Source of the DNA: an uncultured bacterium
GTDB taxonomy: Bacteria > Verrucomicrobiota > Verrucomicrobiia > Verrucomicrobiales > DEV007
Reading direction: 5' to 3'
DNA length: 64,000 nucleotides
Assembly (NCBI GenBank): GCA_963977015.1
Contig: CAXBMO010000026.1
Location: 25,784-89,783 of the forward strand
Within the stretch, counting starts at the first letter, position 1. Every line of letters begins with the position of its first letter. The notes under the pieces were generated by a model. That model saw only the letters and a list, made by a program, of their open reading frames with translations, was not told the origin of the DNA and did not search any database. Of this stretch, positions 56,215 to 64,000 are shown in pieces. Made by a program: the position numbers and the translations under genes.

Positions 56215-59073
56215 TCAGCCCAAATACCGCTTCAAGTATCTTCCGGTAACGCTAGCCTCGTTTTTTGCGATCAATTCTGGCGGTCCTTCCGCGACAATCG
56301 TTCCACCGTGCTCGCCTCCGCCCGGGCCCATGTCGATGATCCAATCGGCACACTTGATCACATCGAGATTGTGTTCGATGACGATGAGCGTGTTCCCGGA
56401 ATTCCTCAGCCGCAGAAATACCTCCAACAGCGTCGCAATGTCGGAAAAGTGGAGCCCCGTTGTCGGTTCGTCGAAGATGTAAACCGTCTTCCCGGTTGCC
56501 TTCTTCGCCAGCTCAGCCGCCAGTTTAACCCGTTGCGCCTCACCGCCGGAGAGCGTTGTGGCACTTTGGCCGAGCTTCAGGTAACCGAGTCCAACATCGC
56601 AGAGCGCGCGCAGTTTGGAGTAAATCTGCGGGATCTTCTGGAAGAACTTTCGACCGTCATCGATGCTCATTTCGAGGACGTCGGCTATGCTTTGGCCGCG
56701 GAATGTCACCTGCAACGTCTCGTCATTGTAACGCCGCCCGTTGCACGTTTCACAGGTTACGTAGACATCGCTCAGGAAATGCATGTCGATCTTGATCGAG
56801 CCATCGCCCTGACAGGTTTCACAACGTCCGCCCGCCACGTTGAAACTGAAACGTCCCGGCTCATAACCGCGCTGTTTGCTTAGCGGAATTTCAGCATAGA
56901 GATCACGGATCGGCCCGAACACTCCCGAATACGTTGCCGGGTTTGAACGCGGGCTTCTTCCGATCGGTGTTTGATCCACCACAATGGCTTTGTCGAGTTG
57001 GCCCAAGCCGGTGATGGCTTCGTGCGCGCCGGGTGCTTCCTTGCTGTGGAAGTATTCGCGAAAGAAGGCGCGTCGCAGAATGTCGTCCACCAACGTCGAT
57101 TTGCCGCTGCCGGACGCTCCCGTCACACAGGTAATGCAACCCAGCGGAAACGCCGCATCCACGTTCTTCAGGTTGTGTTCCGTCGCGGCAAGCACCTGAA
57201 CCCAACCGTCCTCGAGTGCGTCGCCCTTGCCCGCTTTTCTTCGCTTGGGCGGCTTCACCCGTTGATTGGGAATCGGGATCGAATCCACGCCACTCAAGAA
57301 TTTTCCGGTGACGGAGTCCGGGGATTCCTCCACCTCTCGAGGTGTGCCCTGTGCCAAAATATGCCCGCCAAGCTCACCCGCGCCGGGTCCCATGTCGATC
57401 ACATGATCCGCTACCCGGATCGTATCCTCATCGTGCTCAACGACAATGATCGAGTTGCCCAAATCACGTAAGCGTTGCAGCGTCGCGATGAGCTTCTCGT
57501 TGTCCGCCTGGTGCAACCCGATGCTTGGCTCATCCAGCACGTAAAGCACGCCCGCCAACCCTGCACCGAGTTGTGTTGCCAACCGAATCCGCTGACTCTC
57601 CCCGCCGGACAACGTCCCGCTCTCGCGATCCAGTGTCAGATACCCCAGTCCGACTTCGGCGAGAAACTCCAGCCGTTTCGCAATCTCACCGATCACCTCG
57701 GTCGCAAACCGCGCCTGCACGTCGGTCAACTCGATCCCATCGAGCCACGTTCGCGCTCGCTCGATCGACAAGATGGAAAACTCATGGATGGAACAGGGCG
57801 TATCCTGATGCGGCAACGTCACCGCCAGGATCGCCGGTTTCAGGCGACGCCCCTCACAACTCTTGCACGGCTTCGTCGACATGAAGCGCCGCACATTGCG
57901 TTTCGTGATTTCACTATCACTTGTCTCAAGCAAACGTTTTGCCTGGACGCTCAATCCCTCAAACGGCTTCCCGTTTCCGCCGAATTCCAATGGAATCGCC
58001 ACCTCACTCCCAAAAAACAACGCCCGTTTAAACTCCTTCGACAAGCTGCGAATCGGCGCTTCAACGTCCTGCTTCAGAACCTGTGCCAACCCGGTGATGG
58101 CGCGTTGATGCATTCCCTTCCGCTTTTTCGATCCGCTCCACCACGTCTTCACGCCGCCATCGGTCAGAGTCTTGTCCGGATCCGGAACCATCAATTCCGG
58201 GTCGGGCACCAGCTCGGTTCCCAAGCCGTGACACTTGGGGCAGGCGCCGAGATGACTGTTGAAGCTGAAATGCTTCGGCGTCAAATTCGCCAGCGTGAAT
58301 CCCGTCTCCGGATTGGTGAACGTCGTCACAAAGGTCTTTGGGGTGAAGCCGGCCGCGTCCGGTTCCTGAACCAGCACGATTACCTTGTCGCCCGTGATTC
58401 GCAGCGCCGCCTCCACCGCCTCGGCAAGACGGGAACGAATGTCCTCGCGAATCACGAGACGATCCAGCACCAACTCAATCTCCTTCGCTTTCTCCGGAAT
58501 CTCGCCACCATCCAAATCCACAATCTCCCCATTGATCCTCAGCCGCACAAACCCCTGTTTCTTGAAGCGATCGGCCAGCTCCGGCAAACTCTCACCGTCG
58601 TTCGCTTCCACCGGCGCCAGCAGAATCAACCGCGTCCGCTCGGGTAGCTGAAGTAGTTGGGCAATGATCTCGGCGGGGGTTGTTCGCGAGAGGGGCTCGC
58701 CTGTGTTCGGGTCGTGAGGCACCCCCAACGCCGCATACAGAATTCGCAGGTAATCGTGGATCTCCGTCGTCGTCGCGATGGTTGATCTCGGATTCGAGCC
58801 GGCGCCGCGTTGCTCGATCGCGATCGCCGGCGAAAGCCCCTCGATGAAGTCCACATCCGGCTTTTCCAATTGATCCAGAAACTGCCGCGCATACGCCGAG
58901 AGCGACTCCACATACCGTCGTTGCCCCTCCGCATACAAGGTGTTGAATGCCAGCGACGACTTCCCGCTCCCGCTCACTCCCGTGATGACAACGAGCTGAT
59001 CCCGGGGGATCTCGACATCGATATTCTTGAGGTTGTGCTGGCGGGCGCCGCGAATCTGGATGGTTCCTGACAT
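56215..59073 (-). CDS. uvrA: Excinuclease ABC subunit A
   Basis: GARQHNLKN, GVSGSGKSSLAF, zinc fingers, LSGGESQRIRLA, GASGSGKST, LSGGEAQRVKLA. Start placed at MSGTIQ. Confidence 0.96.
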   Translation of the reverse strand: MSGTIQIRGARQHNLKNIDVEIPRDQLVVITGVSGSGKSSLAFNTLYAEGQRRYVESLSAYARQFLDQLEKPDVDFIEGLSPAIAIEQRGAGSNPRSTIATTTEIHDYLRILYAALGVPHDPNTGEPLSRTTPAEIIAQLLQLPERTRLILLAPVEANDGESLPELADRFKKQGFVRLRINGEIVDLDGGEIPEKAKEIELVLDRLVIREDIRSRLAEAVEAALRITGDKVIVLVQEPDAAGFTPKTFVTTFTNPETGFTLANLTPKHFSFNSHLGACPKCHGLGTELVPDPELMVPDPDKTLTDGGVKTWWSGSKKRKGMHQRAITGLAQVLKQDVEAPIRSLSKEFKRALFFGSEVAIPLEFGGNGKPFEGLSVQAKRLLETSDSEITKRNVRRFMSTKPCKSCEGRRLKPAILAVTLPHQDTPCSIHEFSILSIERARTWLDGIELTDVQARFATEVIGEIAKRLEFLAEVGLGYLTLDRESGTLSGGESQRIRLATQLGAGLAGVLYVLDEPSIGLHQADNEKLIATLQRLRDLGNSIIVVEHDEDTIRVADHVIDMGPGAGELGGHILAQGTPREVEESPDSVTGKFLSGVDSIPIPNQRVKPPKRRKAGKGDALEDGWVQVLAATEHNLKNVDAAFPLGCITCVTGASGSGKSTLVDDILRRAFFREYFHSKEAPGAHEAITGLGQLDKAIVVDQTPIGRSPRSNPATYSGVFGPIRDLYAEIPLSKQRGYEPGRFSFNVAGGRCETCQGDGSIKIDMHFLSDVYVTCETCNGRRYNDETLQVTFRGQSIADVLEMSIDDGRKFFQKIPQIYSKLRALCDVGLGYLKLGQSATTLSGGEAQRVKLAAELAKKATGKTVYIFDEPTTGLHFSDIATLLEVFLRLRNSGNTLIVIEHNLDVIKCADWIIDMGPGGGEHGGTIVAEGPPELIAKNEASVTGRYLKRYLG

Positions 59074-59104
59074 TGGCCGAACCCTAGCGTGGAGCGGCGC
59101 TGAT

Positions 59105-59896
59105 TCAAAGGATCTTCCGGCCCACCATTTCGTTGAATCGCTCGGAATCCTCGGCGTAAACCTCACGCAACATCGCAAGCTCCTCGGTTGTGATCCTGGG
59201 CGAGTTCTCAAGCCCCTCGGCCACACATCCCCGATCTGTGATCACCTTCTTCAGCGGGTTGACGTATTTGCCCTTATCAAGCGTCGCTGGAACTTTGTAG
59301 TCCGGAATCTCCAGGAAATCCGCAATCTTTTCCAAAACGGATTCCGGCTCCCTTTTGATCTCAGGAAGGGACGTAAAGAAAAAATTCTCCAGCGGGAAAT
59401 GCTCCAGCCAATACTTCAAGTGCTGGCCGAAAAACCCGAAGTAAACAACCCCGCCCAGGTTTTCTGTATCGGAGAGGGTTTGCCCCGCAGCAATTCGCCC
59501 CCGTTTCACATGATGGAAGAACGCCGACTTTGCCCGTTTGACCGGATCATTCACGGAAACGATCAGCTTCACGTTCCCGCCCAATCGCTCCCGAATCGTC
59601 GGGGCTGCAGTCAGGTGAAAGGAAGACCTGATAAATGGTTTGAACTTGGCTGTCTCAGCGGTTGGTGGCGACACGAAATACGAGGGAGTTGCCTCGCCGA
59701 GTAGATCGCCCTTGGTTCCTTGCCAGCCACGGAGATAGTTTTCGAATTGCTCATCCGTGGGACGCTCTTTCTGCACGAAAAAATGGGTCTCTTTCAGCGG
59801 ATTCATGGCGGTCTTCGGTTCCTGATCGAGTTGGGTAAACAACCAGGAACTGCCACACTTCTGGGCACCGATGATGAGGAAACTAGGCTTCTGCAA
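59105..59896 (-). CDS. Sulfotransferase family protein
   Basis: FLIIGAQKCGSS (PAPS-binding loop), KETHFF, GEATPSY, DPVKRAKS. Confidence 0.85.
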   Translation of the reverse strand: MQKPSFLIIGAQKCGSSWLFTQLDQEPKTAMNPLKETHFFVQKERPTDEQFENYLRGWQGTKGDLLGEATPSYFVSPPTAETAKFKPFIRSSFHLTAAPTIRERLGGNVKLIVSVNDPVKRAKSAFFHHVKRGRIAAGQTLSDTENLGGVVYFGFFGQHLKYWLEHFPLENFFFTSLPEIKREPESVLEKIADFLEIPDYKVPATLDKGKYVNPLKKVITDRGCVAEGLENSPRITTEELAMLREVYAEDSERFNEMVGRKIL

Positions 59897-60055
59897 AACT
59901 TCAATCGAACGTTAATGGCGAGTTCGGCCCAGGTCCCCATCTTGATGAAGAATGCAAGCCGAACTGGAGGCCAAGAACAGCCCGGTTCTGGTGAAAGGCA
60001 AGCGGATATCGTGCGCGTGAGACTCGGGTAGGGTCTGCGCGATGGTGATACCCCT

Positions 60056-61441
60056 TTACGCCAGGATCTCCGTCGCGACGATGCCCTCGGTGTCCGTGAG
60101 CCGGAATTTGCGCCCGGCGTAGCGGTAGGTGAGCCGTTTGTGATTGAGGCCGAGGAGGTGGAGAATCGTGGCATGGAGATCGTGAAAGTTCATGATTCCA
60201 TCGACGGCCTGGGCTCCGAGTTCGTCGGTCGCTCCGTGGGCGATGCCGCCTTTGACGCCACCTCCGGCCATCCAAAATGTGAAGCCCTGGCCGTTGTGGC
60301 CGCGACCGCCGTTGTTGTCCTCATTGGAACCACGCCCGAATTCGCCACCCCAGACAACGAGAGTGTCCTTGAGCATGTCGCGCTGTTTCAGATCGGTGAG
60401 GAGACCGGCGATGGGCTTGTCGATTTGGGCGGCGCGGTCGAGGACGCCTTCGCCGACGTTGCCGTGATGGTCCCAGCCGTTTGCCGTCAATTGGATGAAG
60501 CGAACGCCTTTCTCCGCCAAGCGCCGGGCCATGAGACATTGGCTGCCGAAGCCGGAGTTGCCGTAGAGTTGAAGCACAGAATCGGGCTCGGCGCGGAGAT
60601 CGAAGGTTTCGGGAATCGAGGTCTGCATCTTGAAGGCCATCTCGTAGCTCTGGACGACGCCTTCAAATTCCGGGTTGCCGGGGAAGCGTTTTTGCAAATC
60701 TGCGTTGGAGCGGTTGATGAAATCGAGCTGGCTGCGCTGATCTCGCTTGGTCAGGCGATCGTTGGTGAGATTGGGGACGCTTCCGCCTGCGCCGCTGATG
60801 CGAGTGCCCTGAAAACTGGCCGGAAGGAAGGCCGATCCGTAATTGCTCGCGCCGCCCTGGTTCGAGATCGGGTTGATGGTGATGAAGCCGGGCAAATCTT
60901 CCGCTTCGGAGCCCAGGCCGTAGACGACCCAGCTTCCCATGGAGGGACGGACGAACATCTCGTTGCCGGTGTGGAGGCGGACGACACCCTGCAAGTGGCT
61001 GTTGGTGTTGATCCGCATGCCGTTGAGGAGGCAGAGGTCATCGGCGTGCTTCGCGAGATTGGGAAACGCCTCGGAGATCATGAGGCCGCTTTGGCCCGCG
61101 GGAGAGAAGCTGAGCTGCGGCGCGAGGAGGCGTGGGGTGGATTGGGCGGCGCGGGCGAGTTCCGGCTTGTAGTCGAAGGTTTCGTGGTGGCTCGGCCCAC
61201 CATTCATGAAGAGGAAGATGACGCGCTTGGCTTTGGCCGGGTGATGGACCGGTTTTGGGGCGAGCGGGTTGGCGGTCGCCCAGGTCGGGAGGAGGGCGCT
61301 GAGGGCCAGGGTGCCGAAGGCGGGGCCGGATGTGTGGAGGAAGCGGCGTCGGGTCACGCTATTGTATTCCGGACATTTGTCCGGAACGTGTCCGGAATAC
61401 AGTCGGGTTGGCCGCTGGTGTTGCTGGGATCTAGAGGACAT
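60056..61441 (-). CDS. DUF1501 protein, Tat-exported
   Basis: TRRRFL, AKRVIFLFMNGGPSHHETFDYKP, CLMARRLAEKGVRF, GWDHH, WGGEFGR. Start could instead be GTG at 61357. Confidence 0.9.
   Translation of the reverse strand: MSSRSQQHQRPTRLYSGHVPDKCPEYNSVTRRRFLHTSGPAFGTLALSALLPTWATANPLAPKPVHHPAKAKRVIFLFMNGGPSHHETFDYKPELARAAQSTPRLLAPQLSFSPAGQSGLMISEAFPNLAKHADDLCLLNGMRINTNSHLQGVVRLHTGNEMFVRPSMGSWVVYGLGSEAEDLPGFITINPISNQGGASNYGSAFLPASFQGTRISGAGGSVPNLTNDRLTKRDQRSQLDFINRSNADLQKRFPGNPEFEGVVQSYEMAFKMQTSIPETFDLRAEPDSVLQLYGNSGFGSQCLMARRLAEKGVRFIQLTANGWDHHGNVGEGVLDRAAQIDKPIAGLLTDLKQRDMLKDTLVVWGGEFGRGSNEDNNGGRGHNGQGFTFWMAGGGVKGGIAHGATDELGAQAVDGIMNFHDLHATILHLLGLNHKRLTYRYAGRKFRLTDTEGIVATEILA
61363..61401. repeat. 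39-bp palindromic element with perfect 13-bp inverted arms
   Basis: TGTATTCCGGACA (61363-61375) and TGTCCGGAATACA (61389-61401); the loop contains a third partial arm TGTCCGGAA. Confidence 0.75.
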
Positions 61442-63425
61442 AACGAAATTCCGCTCCGGAAAAGAGCGCCTGGATGAAAACCGCCCACCGATACGCTTCC
61501 GGATCTTTGAGCCCGCTGACGTCGAGTCCGCGCATCAGCTCCAGCGCTCCGCTTCTCTCTTCCGCGCTCGGCGGGCGGCTGAGGAGGAGTTGGTAGGCGA
61601 GGTCGCCCCGGTCGCGGTCGGATTTGGCGAGGTCGAAAATCCGGTAGGCGGTGTCGTAAGCCGCGTTGGATACAAACCGGCTGTTCATGAAGAAGAGCGC
61701 CTGAGGCGGGGCTGTGGTGATGTGACGCAGGCCGTTGACCGAACTGGGATCCGGAAAGTCAAACACGCCGTATTCATCCGGCAAGACGTCGCGCAGCACG
61801 GGAAGGTAGATGGCTCGGACGGGCGAATCGAATCCCAGTTCACTGCGAACGCGGCCTCGGCCCCGGTTGCCGTTTCCGGCAATGGCGCCCGGCTCCGGTC
61901 GCTCCGTCTGAAGCACCCCGGCAACGAAGAGCACGCTGTCGCGCAGGGGTTCCAGTTCGAGGCGGCGGGGGGTGGTCCGCCAGTAGAGTGTGTTGTCTGG
62001 ATCCTTCTCGTAAGCGGCGGGTTGGAAGTCACCGTTGAGTTGGTAGGTCCGGCTCAGCATGATGGTGCGGATCAGCTTCTTAACCGACCAACCGCTCTCG
62101 ACGAAACGGACGGCGAGGTGATCGAGCAATGCCGGATGCGAAGGCTGCCGGCCGGTAAAGCCGAAATTGTCAGGCGTCTCGACGAGGCCTTTGCCAAAGA
62201 GATGTTGCCAGACGCGATTGACCATGACGCGTGCCGTGAGCGGATGCGTCGGCGAGGCAATCCATTGCGCGAGCTGAAGCCGGCCACTGGCGTCCGCCGG
62301 AACCTCGGGAAACTCTGGTAGACCGTTGATCTGAATATCGCCACGTTGCGGGGCCGGGCCGAGATCCCAAACCATGCCGCCTCTGCGCAATTCACAGTTC
62401 ACTGGGTTACCATCGCGCATGCCCATGGCCCAATCCGGCATGAGCTCGAACGGAGGCGGTGGTTTTCCGCCAAATTGGCGCAGGTCGCTCATTGAGTGAA
62501 TGCCGGCGGGAACGGATCGGACGCGATCGATCTTCGAACTGATGTCCGACGGAAGTTGGACGAGCATCTCAGGATCAACGTAACCATACCCGGCATGATC
62601 ACTGACATGTGGCGTTCCGGAATACGTCCACGAACTGTAAAAGATGCCCGCCATCGCGTAGTAATCCATCTGCGAGATGGGATCGTACATGTGGTCGTGA
62701 CAACGGGCGCAGGCGACGCTCAACCCGAGGAAGCCGCGCGTGGTAACGTCGATCTGATCGTCGATCTGGTCGAGGACGAACGGCTCATTGCCGCCGCTGT
62801 TGATGGTGAGGGAACCGAGGGTGAGGAATCCGGTTGCGACGACCTGTTTGCGGCGCTGATCGACCGAACTGGCGGGCATGAGATCGCCGGCGAGCTGTTC
62901 GGCGATGAAGCGGTTGTAGGGCTTGTCGTCATTGAACGCATCGATGACCCAATCGCGGTAGCGCCACGCGTAGACGAAGGGCGCGTTCCAGGTTCGACCG
63001 ATGCTGTCGGCATAGCGTGCGACGTCGAGCCAATGTCGCGCCCAGCGTTCGCCAAAACGCTCGCTGGCAAGGTAGCCGTCGACGACCTTGGCGAAGGCGA
63101 TTTCGTCCGAAGATGGATTGCGGAGAAAGGCGTCGATCTCATCCAGAGTCGGCGGGAGGCCGGTCAGGTCGAACGCGGCCCGGCGGATCAGGGTGCGGCG
63201 GTCGGCACGGCCATTCGGGCGTAGATTTTCTGCCTCGAGTCGAGCGGTGATGAAGCGATCGAGATCGTCCAACGCCCAGCCTTGGTATTTCGTGGAATCG
63301 ACCGGCGGGCGCTTCAGTGCCTGGAAGGACCAGGGAACTTCGTCCTCACCAAAAGCGAGTGTAGTTAGCAAACAGTAGCCAACGATCAGAAACCCCTTAA
63401 CTAGTCCTGGCGTTGGTATTTGCAT
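61431..63425 (-). CDS. DUF1549/DUF1553 protein
   Basis: [72 protein letters not shown]. Confidence 0.9.
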   Translation of the reverse strand: MQIPTPGLVKGFLIVGYCLLTTLAFGEDEVPWSFQALKRPPVDSTKYQGWALDDLDRFITARLEAENLRPNGRADRRTLIRRAAFDLTGLPPTLDEIDAFLRNPSSDEIAFAKVVDGYLASERFGERWARHWLDVARYADSIGRTWNAPFVYAWRYRDWVIDAFNDDKPYNRFIAEQLAGDLMPASSVDQRRKQVVATGFLTLGSLTINSGGNEPFVLDQIDDQIDVTTRGFLGLSVACARCHDHMYDPISQMDYYAMAGIFYSSWTYSGTPHVSDHAGYGYVDPEMLVQLPSDISSKIDRVRSVPAGIHSMSDLRQFGGKPPPPFELMPDWAMGMRDGNPVNCELRRGGMVWDLGPAPQRGDIQINGLPEFPEVPADASGRLQLAQWIASPTHPLTARVMVNRVWQHLFGKGLVETPDNFGFTGRQPSHPALLDHLAVRFVESGWSVKKLIRTIMLSRTYQLNGDFQPAAYEKDPDNTLYWRTTPRRLELEPLRDSVLFVAGVLQTERPEPGAIAGNGNRGRGRVRSELGFDSPVRAIYLPVLRDVLPDEYGVFDFPDPSSVNGLRHITTAPPQALFFMNSRFVSNAAYDTAYRIFDLAKSDRDRGDLAYQLLLSRPPSAEERSGALELMRGLDVSGLKDPEAYRWAVFIQALFSGAEFRYVL

Positions 63426-63468
63426 GCTGAAAGCTGGTTGCAGTTGACGGACTACGGATTGTCGGTGC

Positions 63469-64000
63469 TCACTCTCCGCGCCCCTGACTTGCTTTCCAGT
63501 CGATCCATTCGCCGAGCGTCAACTGCTCATTGCGATTCGCGTCGGCCTGATCAAACCAGCCGCGTTCGCGTTCGCGCTGCTCGTTGGTGAGTTCGTAATT
63601 CTTCATCGCGACCCATTCGTCAAAGGTCACGTTGTTGTCGCCGTTCTTGTCGTAGACTCGATAAATCCGGGTCAACTGATTGATTTTGCGATCACCCATC
63701 GCCGCTGCGTCGCCATCGCGTGCACCTTCTGGGGAGCGTCCGGCGTCGCCATCGCGTGCACCTTCTGGGGAGCGTCCGGCGTCGCCATCGCGGGCACCTT
63801 CTGGGGAACGTCTGCCTTCGCCGTCGCGTGAACCGGTTCGAGGTGCGCCTTCGCCGTCGCGTGAACCGGTTCGAGGAGCGCCTTCACCGTCCTGTGGACC
63901 GGTTCGAGGCGCGCCTTCGCCGTCGCGTGGACCGGTTCGAGGAGCGCCTTCGCCGTCGCGGGGACCGGTTCGGGGAGCGCCTTCGCCGTCGCGAGGACCG
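63469..64000 (-). CDS. EF-hand protein with GPRDGE-type low-complexity repeats (C-terminal part; runs off the window end)
   Basis: Open frame from 63999: (GPRDGEGAPRT)n-(GARDGDAGRSPE)n-AAMGDRK...YDKNGDNNVTFDEW...ADANRNEQLTLGEW; two EF-hand loops. Confidence 0.8.
   Translation of the reverse strand, partial: GPRDGEGAPRTGPRDGEGAPRTGPRDGEGAPRTGPQDGEGAPRTGSRDGEGAPRTGSRDGEGRRSPEGARDGDAGRSPEGARDGDAGRSPEGARDGDAAAMGDRKINQLTRIYRVYDKNGDNNVTFDEWVAMKNYELTNEQRERERGWFDQADANRNEQLTLGEWIDWKASQGRGE
63710..64000 (-). repeat. Coding tandem repeats of 33 bp and 36 bp
   Basis: About five 33-bp units (G[PS][RQ]DGEGAPRT), one hybrid unit, then 36-bp units (GARDGDAGRSPE) toward the EF-hands. Confidence 0.88.

Noticed and set aside
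1-59073. Functional linkage of mfd and uvrA in one window
   Set aside because: They are about 55 kb apart with unrelated genes between; no sign of co-regulation.

Overview
GC-rich bacterial DNA, most likely PVC superphylum/Verrucomicrobia (inferred from two DUF1549-DUF1553 + DUF1501 gene pairs, sulfatases, Verrucomicrobia-style secretin/STN modules and GPRDGE repeats). Housekeeping genes (mfd, partial; acs; nspC; uvrA) flank mostly accessory content: two sulfatases, a BlaI/M56 pair with a doubled operator, a probable mannitol uptake/catabolism operon with a symmetric operator array, and assorted hydrolases. Two conflict/defence-like loci stand out. (1) A compact, more AT-rich three-gene operon (42995-48597): TIR + degenerate FGE-sulfatase-fold protein, a MotA/TolQ/ExbB-family protein with a long beta-rich C-terminal tail, and a single-TM Asp-bearing ExbD/MotB-like partner with about 7 Ig-like repeats. 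It is Zorya-like in logic but differs in architecture, and is the best candidate for an undescribed system. (2) An LRR-Roc-COR-TIR (ROCO) gene with 14 near-identical 66-bp repeats, broken by an in-frame TAG and an exact 7-bp tandem duplication. No rRNA, tRNA, CRISPR array, integrase or transposase was recognised. All family calls come from motif recognition by eye, not from database searches.
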